Positions 10,161-19,709 are shown, counted from the stretch's first letter. The stretch is DNA of 38,509 nucleotides from Bacteroidota bacterium (GCA_005792205.1 SXSO01000133.1:1-38509), one strand, 5' to 3'. Made by a program: numbers and translations. The notes: generated from the sequence alone by a model not told the origin.

Positions 10161-10265
10161 CGTCGGAATGGTTTACTTTTGACCGAAATGATATTACTTT
10201 TGCAAAAATACACTCTACTTTCGGAAAAATATCCTCGTTTCGGTCACAAACATAGTCTTCCGACG
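10161..10265. repeat. 105-nt nested inverted repeat (candidate structured RNA or MITE-like element), copy 1
   Basis: Outer arms: cgtcggaa (10161..10168) pairs with ttccgacg (10258..10265). Inner arms: tgaccgaaa (10180..10188) pairs with tttcggtca (10238..10246). The same arms occur with the same spacing at 32688..32792. Confidence 0.6.
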
Positions 10266-10483
10266 CAAAAAACAAGGCATTTTGTTCCGAAACGGTACAA
10301 AATTATTGAGTGAAATCGCCATATTACAAAAAGTCATTTTATTACAATGTCAATCAATTTGTTGTATTAACAAATTAACTAAAAAGGACTTATAGAAAAA
10401 CCCTAAGTTCTTTTTATTATGAAAATATTAACTAACAAGAATATGAAATTTATGTATATTTCACACATATTTTTAAAACAACT

Positions 10484-11536
10484 ATGAACTATTCAGATAT
10501 TCAAAACTTACTCGGAAACGAAACTGAATCACTTTTATCTTATGAATGCAAAACAATTTCCAAATCATTACTTCATACACCATCAAGTGATTTTGTAGAT
10601 AAAGTTTGGGCAAGTTCAGATAGAAACCCAAATGTACTACGAAACATGCAACATATTTTTAATTCAGGAAGATTGAGTAAAACCGGATATCTTTCAATTC
10701 TTCCAGTGGATCAAGGAATTGAACACAGTGCAGGAGCATCATTTGCACCAAATCCAATTTATTTTGATCCTGAAAATATTATCAAACTTGCACTTGAAGG
10801 AGGATGTAATGCAGTCGCAACAACACTTGGGGTTTTAGGTTCTGTTGCAAGAAAATATGTTCATAAAATTCCATTTCTTTTAAAGTTTAATCACAATGAA
10901 TTTCTTTCGTATCCAAATTCGCATGACCAAATAATTTTTGCATCAATTGAACAAGCATTTGATATGGGTGCAATTGCCGTTGGAGCAACAATTTATTTTG
11001 GTTCAGAAGAATCCAAAAGACAAATTCAAGAAGTTTCACTTGCATTTGAAAAAGCACATTCACTTGGAATGGTTACTGTTTTATGGTGTTATTTGCGAAA
11101 TAACAATTTCAAAAAAGATATAGATTATCATCTCGCAGCAGATTTAACGGGACAAGCAAACCATCTTGGTGCAACAATTGGTGCTGATATTGTGAAACAA
11201 AAACTTCCCGAAAATAACGGTGGATTTACTGCGCTTAATTTTGGAAAAAGTCATAAAAAAATGTATTCTGAACTTTGCTCTGAACATCCAATTGATTTGT
11301 GTCGTTATCAAGTTGCAAATAATTATATGGGGAGAGTTGGTTTAATAAATTCTGGAGGAGCCTCAGGAAATAACGATATAGCAGAAGCAGTCAAAACTGC
11401 TGTGATAAATAAACGAGCAGGTGGAATGGGACTTATTTCTGGAAGAAAAGCATTTCAAAAAGAAATGAAAGAAGGAATTAAAATCCTCAATGCAATTCAA
11501 GATATTTATCTTTGTAAAGAAGTTACAATTGCATAA
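10484..11536 (+). CDS. fbaB: Class I fructose-bisphosphate aldolase (FbaB type, DeoC/LacD aldolase family)
   Basis: 350 aa, the same length as E. coli FbaB. Long near-identical strings recalled from E. coli FbaB: [97 protein letters not shown]. Confidence 0.92.
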   Translation: MNYSDIQNLLGNETESLLSYECKTISKSLLHTPSSDFVDKVWASSDRNPNVLRNMQHIFNSGRLSKTGYLSILPVDQGIEHSAGASFAPNPIYFDPENIIKLALEGGCNAVATTLGVLGSVARKYVHKIPFLLKFNHNEFLSYPNSHDQIIFASIEQAFDMGAIAVGATIYFGSEESKRQIQEVSLAFEKAHSLGMVTVLWCYLRNNNFKKDIDYHLAADLTGQANHLGATIGADIVKQKLPENNGGFTALNFGKSHKKMYSELCSEHPIDLCRYQVANNYMGRVGLINSGGASGNNDIAEAVKTAVINKRAGGMGLISGRKAFQKEMKEGIKILNAIQDIYLCKEVTIA

Positions 11537-11564
11537 TTTTTTTTAACATTCTTTCTACTAATTT

Positions 11565-13553
11565 ATGAATGAACCTCCTATAAGTTTATTGCAAAAGGTA
11601 AAAAATCTTTTTATCGGAAAAGCAATAAATCCTTTTGATAAAAATATATTTCACAACATTTCGCTAATTGCGTTTTTTGCTTGGGTTGGTCTTGGAGCAG
11701 ATGGAATTTCATCTGCTTGTTACGGACCAGAAGAGGCATTTCTTGCTTTGAAAAATCATCATAACCTTGCAATTTTTGTTGGAATAGCATCAGCAATTAC
11801 AATTTTTTTAATAAGTTCAAGTTACTCTCAAATTATTGAACTTTTTCCCACAGGAGGAGGAGGATATGTTGTTGCAAGTAAATTATTGAATCCAACTTTT
11901 GGTGTTATTTCAGGATGTGCTTTGATTATTGATTACGTTTTGACAATCACGGTTTCAATTGCAAGTGGTGCTGATGCATTATTTAGTTTGTTTCCACAAT
12001 CATTTCATATTTATAAATTTACTTTTGCAATTTTTGGTGTTGTATTTATGACAATTCTAAATTTAAGAGGAACAAAAGAATCAATTTCTGTTTTGCTTCC
12101 AATATTTTTAGTTTTTCTTGTAACACATGTATTTGCAATAGTTTATTCAATTTCAACACACGCATATACATTTCCTGTAGTTATTTCTTCAATTGGAAAT
12201 GAACTCCATTCAATTCCAAATGAAATTGGATTTTTTGGATTGTTTTTACTTCTTCTTCGTGCTTATAGTATGGGAGCAGGAACTTTTACAGGTATTGAAG
12301 CAGTTAGTAATGGGCTTCAAATTTTAAGAGAACCAAGAGTTCAAACAGGAAAAAGAACAATGCGATATATGGCAATTTCACTTGCAGTTACAGTCGTTGG
12401 ATTGATGTTGGCATATTTACTTTTTCAAGTTGAACATGCACCGGGAAAAACATTGAATGCGGTTTTATTTGAAAAAATGACAAGTAGTTGGGGTGGAAAT
12501 TCAGGATATATTTTTGTATTTACAATTTTAGTTTCAGAAGCAGCAATACTTTTTGTTGCAGCACAAGCAGGATTTATTGGAGGTCCAAGAGTTATTTCTA
12601 CAATGGCAATTGATAAATGGTTTCCATCGCAGTTTGCAATGTTAAGTGATCGTCTCGTGATGCAAAATGGAGTTATACTTATGGGAGTTGCTGTATTTAT
12701 CACAATGATTTTTACAGCTGGTTCAGTTAAACTACTTATTATTTTGTATAGTATAAATGTGTTTATCACATTTGCGTTATCTTTATTTGGAGTTGTAAAA
12801 CATTGGTGGAAAACAAGAAACGAAAATAAAAATTGGAAGAGAAAAATTTTTGTAAGTGGAAGTGGATTTTTACTTTCGTCAATAATTTTGGTTTCGGTTG
12901 TAGTTTTAAAATTTGAAGAAGGTGGATGGCTCACACTTTTGATAACATCATCGCTTGTTGCTATTGTTTTGTTAATCAAAAAACATTACATCAGAACGGC
13001 AAATCTTTTGAAACGACTTGATGCACTTGTAGTTTCTGCTGCTGATATGTCTCAATCAAAATTTGAGTTAGAAAATGAAAAACCTAAATATAATCCCAAA
13101 TCTAAAACAGCAGTTTTTCTTGTAAACGGATTCAATGGAATTGGTCTTCATACATTGCTCAATGTGATAAAAACATTTCCAAATATGTTTGAAAATTTTG
13201 TCTTTGTAGAAATTGGAATTTTTGATGTTGGAAACTTCAAAGGAGTTCAAGAAGTAGAATTTTTGAAACGAAAAGTTCAAAGCGATTTGGATAAGTATAT
13301 TGAATTTATGAACCGTCACGGATATTATGCAGAAGGAATTTCTTCATTTGGAACCGATGTTGTTCAAGAGATAAATGATTTGTTACCAGAAATTTTGAAA
13401 CAACATCCATCATCAGTATTTTTTGGAGGACAACTTGTATTTCCCGATAGTTCCTTTTTTTCACGATGGCTTCATAATTACACAATTTTTTCACTTCAAA
13501 GAAGGTTCTATCAACAAGGTGTTCCTGTTATTGTTTTACCAATACGTGTGTAA
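11565..13553 (+). CDS. APC-superfamily permease with a ~170-aa cytoplasmic C-terminal domain; KimA-like, possibly a K+/H+ symporter
   Basis: 662 aa, multi-TM. Resembles B. subtilis KimA as recalled: LFIGK, P-GGG-Y-V-SK, DYVLT--VSIASG-DA, ILNLRG-KES, LLLL-A-S-G--T-TG-EA-SN. The family call is firm. The substrate is inference. Confidence 0.7.
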   Translation: MNEPPISLLQKVKNLFIGKAINPFDKNIFHNISLIAFFAWVGLGADGISSACYGPEEAFLALKNHHNLAIFVGIASAITIFLISSSYSQIIELFPTGGGGYVVASKLLNPTFGVISGCALIIDYVLTITVSIASGADALFSLFPQSFHIYKFTFAIFGVVFMTILNLRGTKESISVLLPIFLVFLVTHVFAIVYSISTHAYTFPVVISSIGNELHSIPNEIGFFGLFLLLLRAYSMGAGTFTGIEAVSNGLQILREPRVQTGKRTMRYMAISLAVTVVGLMLAYLLFQVEHAPGKTLNAVLFEKMTSSWGGNSGYIFVFTILVSEAAILFVAAQAGFIGGPRVISTMAIDKWFPSQFAMLSDRLVMQNGVILMGVAVFITMIFTAGSVKLLIILYSINVFITFALSLFGVVKHWWKTRNENKNWKRKIFVSGSGFLLSSIILVSVVVLKFEEGGWLTLLITSSLVAIVLLIKKHYIRTANLLKRLDALVVSAADMSQSKFELENEKPKYNPKSKTAVFLVNGFNGIGLHTLLNVIKTFPNMFENFVFVEIGIFDVGNFKGVQEVEFLKRKVQSDLDKYIEFMNRHGYYAEGISSFGTDVVQEINDLLPEILKQHPSSVFFGGQLVFPDSSFFSRWLHNYTIFSLQRRFYQQGVPVIVLPIRV

Positions 13554-13576
13554 AAAAAATTTGAGAAATAAAATAT

Positions 13577-14527
13577 TTAGAAATTTAAAATTTCATTTAC
13601 TCCATCGTATGGATTTTTTTTATGAGATTTTATTTCATTTAAAAGCAATTCCAATTGAAACTTTTTTTCATCGTTCCAAAAATTGGAAACAAGTTTTTCA
13701 TTTATGAGTTCAAAAAGTTTATTTTCAATTCTATTTTCTCTTCGTTTTTGAAACTCATTATTTTCTTCCATATTTTTTTTATGGTTTTCAATCATCGTTG
13801 CAATTTCAAAAATTCCTTTTCCATCTTTTGCAATTGTTGGAATAACATCGGGAATCCATGTTTTTTCGGTGTGATTTAAAAATTTTGTAGAAAATCCAAT
13901 TACATTTTTGATTGACATAATTGCTTGTTCAGAAGATGGTCTATCCGATTTGTTTAAGATAAAAAAATCCGCAATTTCCATAAGTCCTGCTTTCATTGCT
14001 TGAATTGAATCTCCTGATTCTGGAACAAGAACAACAATTGTGGTATCAGCAGATTTTGCAATATCAAGTTCAGATTGTCCAACACCAACTGTTTCCATCA
14101 AAACTATATCATACTTTGCGGCATCAAAAATATCTGCAACTTCTTTTGTTTTTTTAGAAAGTCCTCCAAGCGAACCACGAGATGCCATTGAACGAATAAA
14201 TATATTTTGATGACTTTCAACTTCACTCATTCTAATTCTATCTCCAAGTAAAGCACCACCAGTAAATGGACTTGTTGGATCAACAGCAATTATTGCAACA
14301 CTTTTATTTTCTTTCACATAGTGAAGAGCAAGTTTATTTGTGATTGTACTTTTTCCTGCTCCAGGAGGTCCTGTAATTCCAATTCTATATGCAGTTCCAG
14401 TTTTTGGAAAAATTTCTTTTAAAAGTTCAGTTGAAAAATTTTCCTCGTTTTCAATTATTGAAATTGCTTTTGAAATTGTTCGCTTATCTTTTTCAAAAAT
14501 TTTTTGTGCGATTTTTTTTACATCCAT
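13577..14527 (-). CDS. meaB: MeaB/ArgK-type G3E-family GTPase (methylmalonyl-CoA mutase-associated chaperone family)
   Basis: Walker A GITGPPGAGKST, then AVDPTSPFTGGALLGDRIRM, then ETVGVGQSE and NKSD motifs. 316 aa. Confidence 0.88.
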   Translation of the reverse strand: MDVKKIAQKIFEKDKRTISKAISIIENEENFSTELLKEIFPKTGTAYRIGITGPPGAGKSTITNKLALHYVKENKSVAIIAVDPTSPFTGGALLGDRIRMSEVESHQNIFIRSMASRGSLGGLSKKTKEVADIFDAAKYDIVLMETVGVGQSELDIAKSADTTIVVLVPESGDSIQAMKAGLMEIADFFILNKSDRPSSEQAIMSIKNVIGFSTKFLNHTEKTWIPDVIPTIAKDGKGIFEIATMIENHKKNMEENNEFQKRRENRIENKLFELINEKLVSNFWNDEKKFQLELLLNEIKSHKKNPYDGVNEILNF

Positions 14528-15804
14528 TATTCAAAACTTAAAAATCCAAGAATACGAGAAAGTTCTTGTGTGAGTTTTTCTCTTTCAAATTTTGAAACAA
14601 ATTCATCGTTTCCTTTCGGTAAATTATTTTTTCCAAACAGATGAAAAAGTTCCAAAATTCTTTTTTCCATATTTTCAACATCATTCAAATCCACAACAAA
14701 GCCAACTTTACTCTCTTCAATTAAATGTTTCAAATAGCCATTTGAAACATTTGCTAAAATTGGTTTTTTACTTCCAAAGTATTCGTAAAGTTTTCCGGGA
14801 GATTGAGAATCATTATCAACTGCGATGAATAAAATATCTGACTCACAAATTTTTTGAACACACTCTTTATGCTGAAGATATCCAACAAACTTTACATTTT
14901 CCTGTAACTTTAATTTTTCAATCAATTTTTTTTCGTTAGATCTTTCTTTTCCAATAAATTCGACTTCAATTTTATTTTTCAAACTTGTGTTTTTTGCAAA
15001 TAAATTTTTCAATGCAATTAGAAACGTGTTTGGAGTTCTTTTTCCATAAAAAATTCCAGCATGTGTAATTCGCATTTTATTGTCGCTTCGTTTTGAATTT
15101 TCATTTGGAAAATCAGATTTATCAAATCCTTGTGAAAGAATGTGAATATCATTATACTGCACTCGAAGATGTTTTTTTAAAATCAATTCTTTTACTTTTC
15201 TATTTGTCGTAAAAATTTTAGATGAAGCACGTATAATTTTTTTTTCTTTTCGCAAGTTTAAAAAATAATGAAACGGAGTTGGAAAATATTTAAATGGATT
15301 ATCCATCCACGAATCTCTATAATCAACAACAAGAGGAACATTATATTTGTATCGCAATTCCATTCCAATTAAAAAATCTGTCCACGGAGGTGCTGTTGCA
15401 AAAATTATTTCAAATTTTTTTTCCTGAAAAAGAGCATCTGCTTTTTTCAAAACTTTTTTTCTCCAAAAAATTTTATTGTCAGGAATAAAAAAAAAGTCAC
15501 TTGTAAATTGAAATAGTTTTCGCACAAATTCAGAAGGCATCTTTATGTTTTCTTTTTTGCGAAATAAAAAATTTGGATCAAGCGAACCAACTCGCACAAT
15601 TTCAATATCTGCGATATCTTTTATTTCTTCCAATAACGAATAATCTTGTGCAAAATATCCCGTTGGAGTTATAGTTAAAACAGTTGGTTTCCATCCAAAT
15701 TGAGGAAGATATTTTACGAACTTCAAAGTTCTTTGTACTCCACTTAAACCAAGTGGTGGAAAATAATATGCAATAATTAGAATATTTCTTTTTTCATTCA
15801 TCAT
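14527..15804 (-). CDS. Glycosyltransferase, GT4/GT-B fold family
   Basis: N-terminus NILIIAYYFPPLGLSGVQRTLKFVKYLPQFGWKPTVLT. C-terminal half has the E-----K-P type nucleotide-sugar binding region (LYEYFGSKKPILA). Its start overlaps the upstream stop (ATGA), and its stop overlaps the meaB start (TAATG). Confidence 0.7.
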   Translation of the reverse strand: MMNEKRNILIIAYYFPPLGLSGVQRTLKFVKYLPQFGWKPTVLTITPTGYFAQDYSLLEEIKDIADIEIVRVGSLDPNFLFRKKENIKMPSEFVRKLFQFTSDFFFIPDNKIFWRKKVLKKADALFQEKKFEIIFATAPPWTDFLIGMELRYKYNVPLVVDYRDSWMDNPFKYFPTPFHYFLNLRKEKKIIRASSKIFTTNRKVKELILKKHLRVQYNDIHILSQGFDKSDFPNENSKRSDNKMRITHAGIFYGKRTPNTFLIALKNLFAKNTSLKNKIEVEFIGKERSNEKKLIEKLKLQENVKFVGYLQHKECVQKICESDILFIAVDNDSQSPGKLYEYFGSKKPILANVSNGYLKHLIEESKVGFVVDLNDVENMEKRILELFHLFGKNNLPKGNDEFVSKFEREKLTQELSRILGFLSFE

Positions 15805-16883
15805 AAACTAAATAACTTTTTTTCTGATTTAGTTAAAACTCTGCAACCATCTTTTTCAACAACAACAATATCTTCAATTCGAACTCCACCTAAATTTGGA
15901 AAATAAATTCCCGGTTCAATTGTAATTATATTTCCTTCTTCAAGTAGAAATTTGTTTTGAGAATTTAAAATTGGAAATTCATGAATTTGAAGCCCAACTC
16001 CGTGTCCAAGTGAATGATTGAAAAATTTTCCATATCCATTTTTTGAAATATAATTTCTTACAATTGCATCAAGTTTATTTGCGGCAATTCCACTTTTAAC
16101 ATTTTCAATCGCCTTTTGTTGAGCATCCAAAACTATTTGATAAATTTTTTTGAGTTTATGTGGAATTTTTCCAATTGCAACACTTCTTGTCATATCAGAA
16201 TGATATCCATTTACAACGGTTCCAAAATCTAAAATTAAAATTTCTTTCTCACGAATTTTTTTTTGCGTTGGTCGTGCATGTGGAAGAACAGCATTTTTTC
16301 CACTTGCTACAATTGTTTCAAATGCATCGCAACTTCCACCAAGAAATTTTTGTAAATACGAAATTCTTGCTGCAATTTGATTTTCAGTTTTTCCAATTTT
16401 TATTTCATTTATGATTTTGGAAAATGTGGCATCCGTAATTTCAATCGCTTTTTCAATTTGCGAAATCTCATACGAATCTTTTTTAGAAATCAATTTTTCT
16501 AAAATGAATTCAACGGAAACAAACGCAATTTTTGGAAAGGTATTTTTTAAAAGTAAATAACTTGAATATGAAATTGTATTTTTGTCAAACGCAATTTTTT
16601 TGCACTTGTGAATTTCTTTATTTTTGCTTAATGCTGAAATCAAATTTTTTCCTCTTTCAGCAATAATTGTTTTCCAATTTTTTATTTCTAATTTAATTTG
16701 CTCTTTGTATCTTCCATCAGTTACAAAAATTGGTAGTTCGTTTTGAAAAATAATTCCAATTCCATTGCTTCCTGAAAAATTACTTATGTATCTTAAATGA
16801 GGAAGAAATGAAATAAAAATTGCATCCACTTTTTGTGAATGCAATTGCTGTTGCAAAATTTTTTCGCGAAAGTTTATTTTCAA
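15801..16883 (-). CDS. M24B-family Xaa-Pro aminopeptidase/dipeptidase
   Basis: Creatinase-like N-domain plus metal-ligand motifs: DFG-VVNGYHSDMTR, HSLGHGVGLQIHEFP, ITIEPGIY, GGVRIEDIVVV. Confidence 0.85.
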   Translation of the reverse strand: MKINFREKILQQQLHSQKVDAIFISFLPHLRYISNFSGSNGIGIIFQNELPIFVTDGRYKEQIKLEIKNWKTIIAERGKNLISALSKNKEIHKCKKIAFDKNTISYSSYLLLKNTFPKIAFVSVEFILEKLISKKDSYEISQIEKAIEITDATFSKIINEIKIGKTENQIAARISYLQKFLGGSCDAFETIVASGKNAVLPHARPTQKKIREKEILILDFGTVVNGYHSDMTRSVAIGKIPHKLKKIYQIVLDAQQKAIENVKSGIAANKLDAIVRNYISKNGYGKFFNHSLGHGVGLQIHEFPILNSQNKFLLEEGNIITIEPGIYFPNLGGVRIEDIVVVEKDGCRVLTKSEKKLFSL

Positions 16884-16904
16884 TTTTATTTTTCTGTTTG
16901 TAAT

Positions 16905-18074
16905 TTACTCAAATGCAGCAAATCCCGTAATATCTTCTCCTATAATCAATGTATGCATTTCGTGAGTTCCTTCATAAGTTTTAACCGATTCTAAATTTGC
17001 CATATGTCTCATTATTGGATACTCGTTTAAAATTCCATTTGCTCCAAGAATTTCTCTTGCACTTCTTGAAATTTCTAATGCATGAAATATATTATTTCGC
17101 TTTGCCATTGAAACCTGTTGAAAGCGAAGTTTTCCATTATCTTTCAATCTTCCAAGTTGAACACACATAAGTTGCATCTTTGTAATTTCTGTAATCATAT
17201 GCACAAGTTTTTCTTGTGTGATTTGAAATGCTGCAATTGGTTTTTTAAATTGAATTCTTGACTTTGCATAATTTAATGCACACTCATAACTTGCCATCGC
17301 AGCACCAATTCCTCCCCAAGCAATTCCATATCGTGCTTGATTTAAGCACATAAGTGGTGATTTTAATCCATCTGAAAGCGGAAGTAAATTTTCTTTTGGA
17401 ATTTCACAGTTGTCAAATACAAGTTCAGAAGTTATTGATGCACGAAGAGAATGTTTGCCTTTCATCTCTGGAGCACTAAACCCTTTCGTATTTTTTTCTA
17501 CAAGAAATCCTCTAATTTTTCCATTCAACTTTGCCCACACAACAGCAATGTCTGAAATTGTTCCATTTGTAATCCACATTTTTGCTCCATTCAAAACATA
17601 TCCATTTGAAGTTTCTTCTGCTTTTGTAAGCATTCCACTTGGATTTGACCCAAAATCTGGTTCAGTTAAACCAAAGCAACCAATTTTTTTTCCACTTGCA
17701 AGTTGTGGAAGCCAAAACTTTTTCTGTTCTTCACTTCCAAAAGTATAAATTGGATACATAACCAAAGCACTTTGAACAGAGGCAAAACTTCTAATTCCAC
17801 TATCTCCTCTTTCAAGTTCTTGCACAATTAAACCATATGCAACATTGTTCATATCACTTCCTCCATATTGTTGTGGAAGTGTTGGACCAAACATTCCAAG
17901 ATTTGCCATTTCTTCTACAAGAAAAAATGGAAATGAACCGTCGTGATAATGTTTTTCTATGATTGGTAAAACTTTGTCTTCAACAAAATCTCTTACTGTA
18001 TTGCGAACTAAAATCTCTTCTTTTGAAAGTAAACTTTCTATATTGTAGTAATCTACAAAATTAGTTTTTGCCAT
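16905..18074 (-). CDS. gcdH: Acyl-CoA dehydrogenase, glutaryl-CoA dehydrogenase-like
   Basis: 389 aa. Motifs: GCFGLTEPDFGSNP, MWITNG, YEGTHEMHTLIIG. The N-terminus D-Y-IESLLS-EE is typical of the GCDH subfamily. The symbol is tentative. Confidence 0.75.
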   Translation of the reverse strand: MAKTNFVDYYNIESLLSKEEILVRNTVRDFVEDKVLPIIEKHYHDGSFPFFLVEEMANLGMFGPTLPQQYGGSDMNNVAYGLIVQELERGDSGIRSFASVQSALVMYPIYTFGSEEQKKFWLPQLASGKKIGCFGLTEPDFGSNPSGMLTKAEETSNGYVLNGAKMWITNGTISDIAVVWAKLNGKIRGFLVEKNTKGFSAPEMKGKHSLRASITSELVFDNCEIPKENLLPLSDGLKSPLMCLNQARYGIAWGGIGAAMASYECALNYAKSRIQFKKPIAAFQITQEKLVHMITEITKMQLMCVQLGRLKDNGKLRFQQVSMAKRNNIFHALEISRSAREILGANGILNEYPIMRHMANLESVKTYEGTHEMHTLIIGEDITGFAAFE

Positions 18075-18191
18075 AATTTTTTTTTGAAAAATATGAAATT
18101 TTTAAAAAGTGATTAGTGTAATTTTTAAATTGTTATTTTACGCAAAAAAATTTCACAATTTGTTTTATATGAAAATAAATAAGTAAAAAAA

Positions 18192-19709
18192 TTACTCTAC
18201 TATTTCAATGGCAATTAAACTAACTTTCTTATCACTTTTTTGAACTCGCAAAAGAATTGAATCACCGTTTTTATGCGATTGTAAAACATTTGAAAAATCA
18301 TTTGTAGAATTTATTTTCGTTCCATCAGCATCAAGTATAATGTCATTTTTTTGAATTCCACGTTTTGCAGCTTCAGAAAATCCATCTACATTTGAAACAA
18401 GAATTCCGGAAGTAACTTCACGAGATTTTTTTTGTTCATCTGTAAGTGGTTTCAAAGTAAATCCAATTTTATCAAATGTTTTAGAAGAAATTTCTTCTGG
18501 TTTATTTTCGTTGTCTTGAGAGTTTTTATTTTGAGAAACATCTTTCTCGTCATCTCTTGATTTGAGTGCAACTTTTTTTATTATTTCTTTTTTATCTCTA
18601 AAAATTTTAAGTGCAACGGTTTCTCCCGGATGATGTTTTGCAATTTGGCTTTGAAGTTCATTTGCAGCATTTACTTCAATTCCATCCACAGAAATAATAA
18701 CGTCTCCTTGTTGAATTCCAGCACTTTCTCCTGCGCTTCCACTTTGTACAACTTGTACCAACACTCCTTGAACTTTTTCAAGACCAAGTGCTTTTGCCAT
18801 TGTTTCATCAATTGTCTGAATCTGCACTCCGATATATCCACGACTAACTTTTCCATGTTCAATTAAATCAGAGATAACTGATTCCATCAAATTAGAAGGA
18901 ATTGCAAAACCATATCCTTGATATCTTGCGTTTGTAGATGCAATTGCAGTATTTATTCCAATAAGTTCTCCATTTAAATTTACTAAAGCGCCACCGCTAT
19001 TCCCCGGATTTATTGCAGCATCTGTTTGAATAAAATTTTCAATTCCATATCCTTTTTCATCTTGAATTACACCGAGATTTCCTCGTCCAATTGCACTGAT
19101 AATTCCCGCAGTAACTGTTGATGTAAGTCCAAGTGGGTTTCCAACGGCTAATACAAATTCTCCAACTTCAGATAAATCAGAATTTCCAATTGCTGCTGCA
19201 GAAAGATCTGTTTCATCAATTTTAATCACAGCTAAATCAGTTGAAACATCTGTTCCAATAAGTTTTGCCGTATATTTTTTTTTGTTATCTAAAACAACTT
19301 CAATTCCATTTTCATTAGCATCATCTACAACATGATTGTTTGTTACAATATATCCATCTTTTCGTATAATAACCCCACTTCCACTTCCAATTTGTGGTTG
19401 CGATTTTATATCTGGAATATCAGGAAAAAATTTGAATAAATCATTTAGTTCATTCTCATGAACGTCTTTTGCTTTTGTTGTAACCGTAATGCTCACAACA
19501 GATGGTTTTATGATTTTAGAAATTTCCACAAAAGCATCAGATACGTTTTTTATTTGAAGATTTGATGTTTCATATTTTACATTTGTTTTTCGTTTAGGTT
19601 TTTCTTTTTCGTCTTTTGGAAAACTAAAAATTACAACTGCACTAAAAACAAGTATAATACATACTAATGATATTGAAACAATTAGATTTTTTTTTGAAAG
19701 ATTATTCAT
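18192..19709 (-). CDS. htrA: HtrA/DegP (Do) family periplasmic serine protease with two PDZ domains
   Basis: N-terminal TM/signal segment. Triad context: TNNHVV (His), DLAVIKI (Asp), GNSGGALVNLNGELIGINTAI (Ser). Two PDZ-like segments (GDVIISVDG..., NDIILDADG...). Confidence 0.9.
   Translation of the reverse strand: MNNLSKKNLIVSISLVCIILVFSAVVIFSFPKDEKEKPKRKTNVKYETSNLQIKNVSDAFVEISKIIKPSVVSITVTTKAKDVHENELNDLFKFFPDIPDIKSQPQIGSGSGVIIRKDGYIVTNNHVVDDANENGIEVVLDNKKKYTAKLIGTDVSTDLAVIKIDETDLSAAAIGNSDLSEVGEFVLAVGNPLGLTSTVTAGIISAIGRGNLGVIQDEKGYGIENFIQTDAAINPGNSGGALVNLNGELIGINTAIASTNARYQGYGFAIPSNLMESVISDLIEHGKVSRGYIGVQIQTIDETMAKALGLEKVQGVLVQVVQSGSAGESAGIQQGDVIISVDGIEVNAANELQSQIAKHHPGETVALKIFRDKKEIIKKVALKSRDDEKDVSQNKNSQDNENKPEEISSKTFDKIGFTLKPLTDEQKKSREVTSGILVSNVDGFSEAAKRGIQKNDIILDADGTKINSTNDFSNVLQSHKNGDSILLRVQKSDKKVSLIAIEIVE

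Larger units (their letters stand above)
10016..10327 (+). repeat. Conserved non-coding 3' module, copy 1 (follows the adhesin-like T9SS gene)
   Basis: Aligns with 32585..32870. About 93% identity over the first ~90 nt, by hand count. Copy 1 has a 42-nt insertion/duplication (ggagtatttttctcc...). The arms of the inverted repeat are near-identical. Similarity fades after ...ttgagtgaaa..catatt. Confidence 0.8.

Noticed and set aside
10040-10255. 71-codon ORF inside module copy 1. It has an in-frame 57-codon counterpart in copy 2 (32609..32782) with the same stop, and the 42-nt indel preserves the frame.
   Set aside because: The TTG start lies inside the terminator stem. In the hand alignment, nearly all substitutions between copies are non-synonymous (ttt/att, gaa/aaa, atg/acg, gag/ggg, tat/tgt, tgg/ggg ...; only tcc/tca is silent). 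That is the opposite of purifying selection on a peptide. It remains an alternative hypothesis, testable by ribosome profiling.
10033-10275. 80-aa minus-strand ORF (and the 69-aa ORF 10004..10213) across module copy 1
   Set aside because: The equivalent frame in copy 2 hits a TGA after about 24 codons, so the reading frame is not conserved.
11537-11564. Looked for a ydaO-type c-di-AMP riboswitch ahead of the KimA-like gene
   Set aside because: The spacer is only 28 nt, which is too short for any riboswitch.
12425-12979. 184-aa antisense ORF inside the permease gene, long for an AT-rich genome
   Set aside because: It lies opposite a hydrophobic, T-rich-codon membrane protein gene, whose complement is naturally poor in stop codons. 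It has a low-complexity composition and no motifs, and the sense strand has a strong family match.
17410-17748. 112-aa ORF antisense to the acyl-CoA dehydrogenase. Similar shadows occur at 27302..27628, 35967..36284, 3408..3659, 7164..7460 and 38137..38409, plus the same-strand off-frame ORF 31977..32336.
   Set aside because: All lie entirely within genes that have clear motif support in another frame or strand. They are shadow ORFs.
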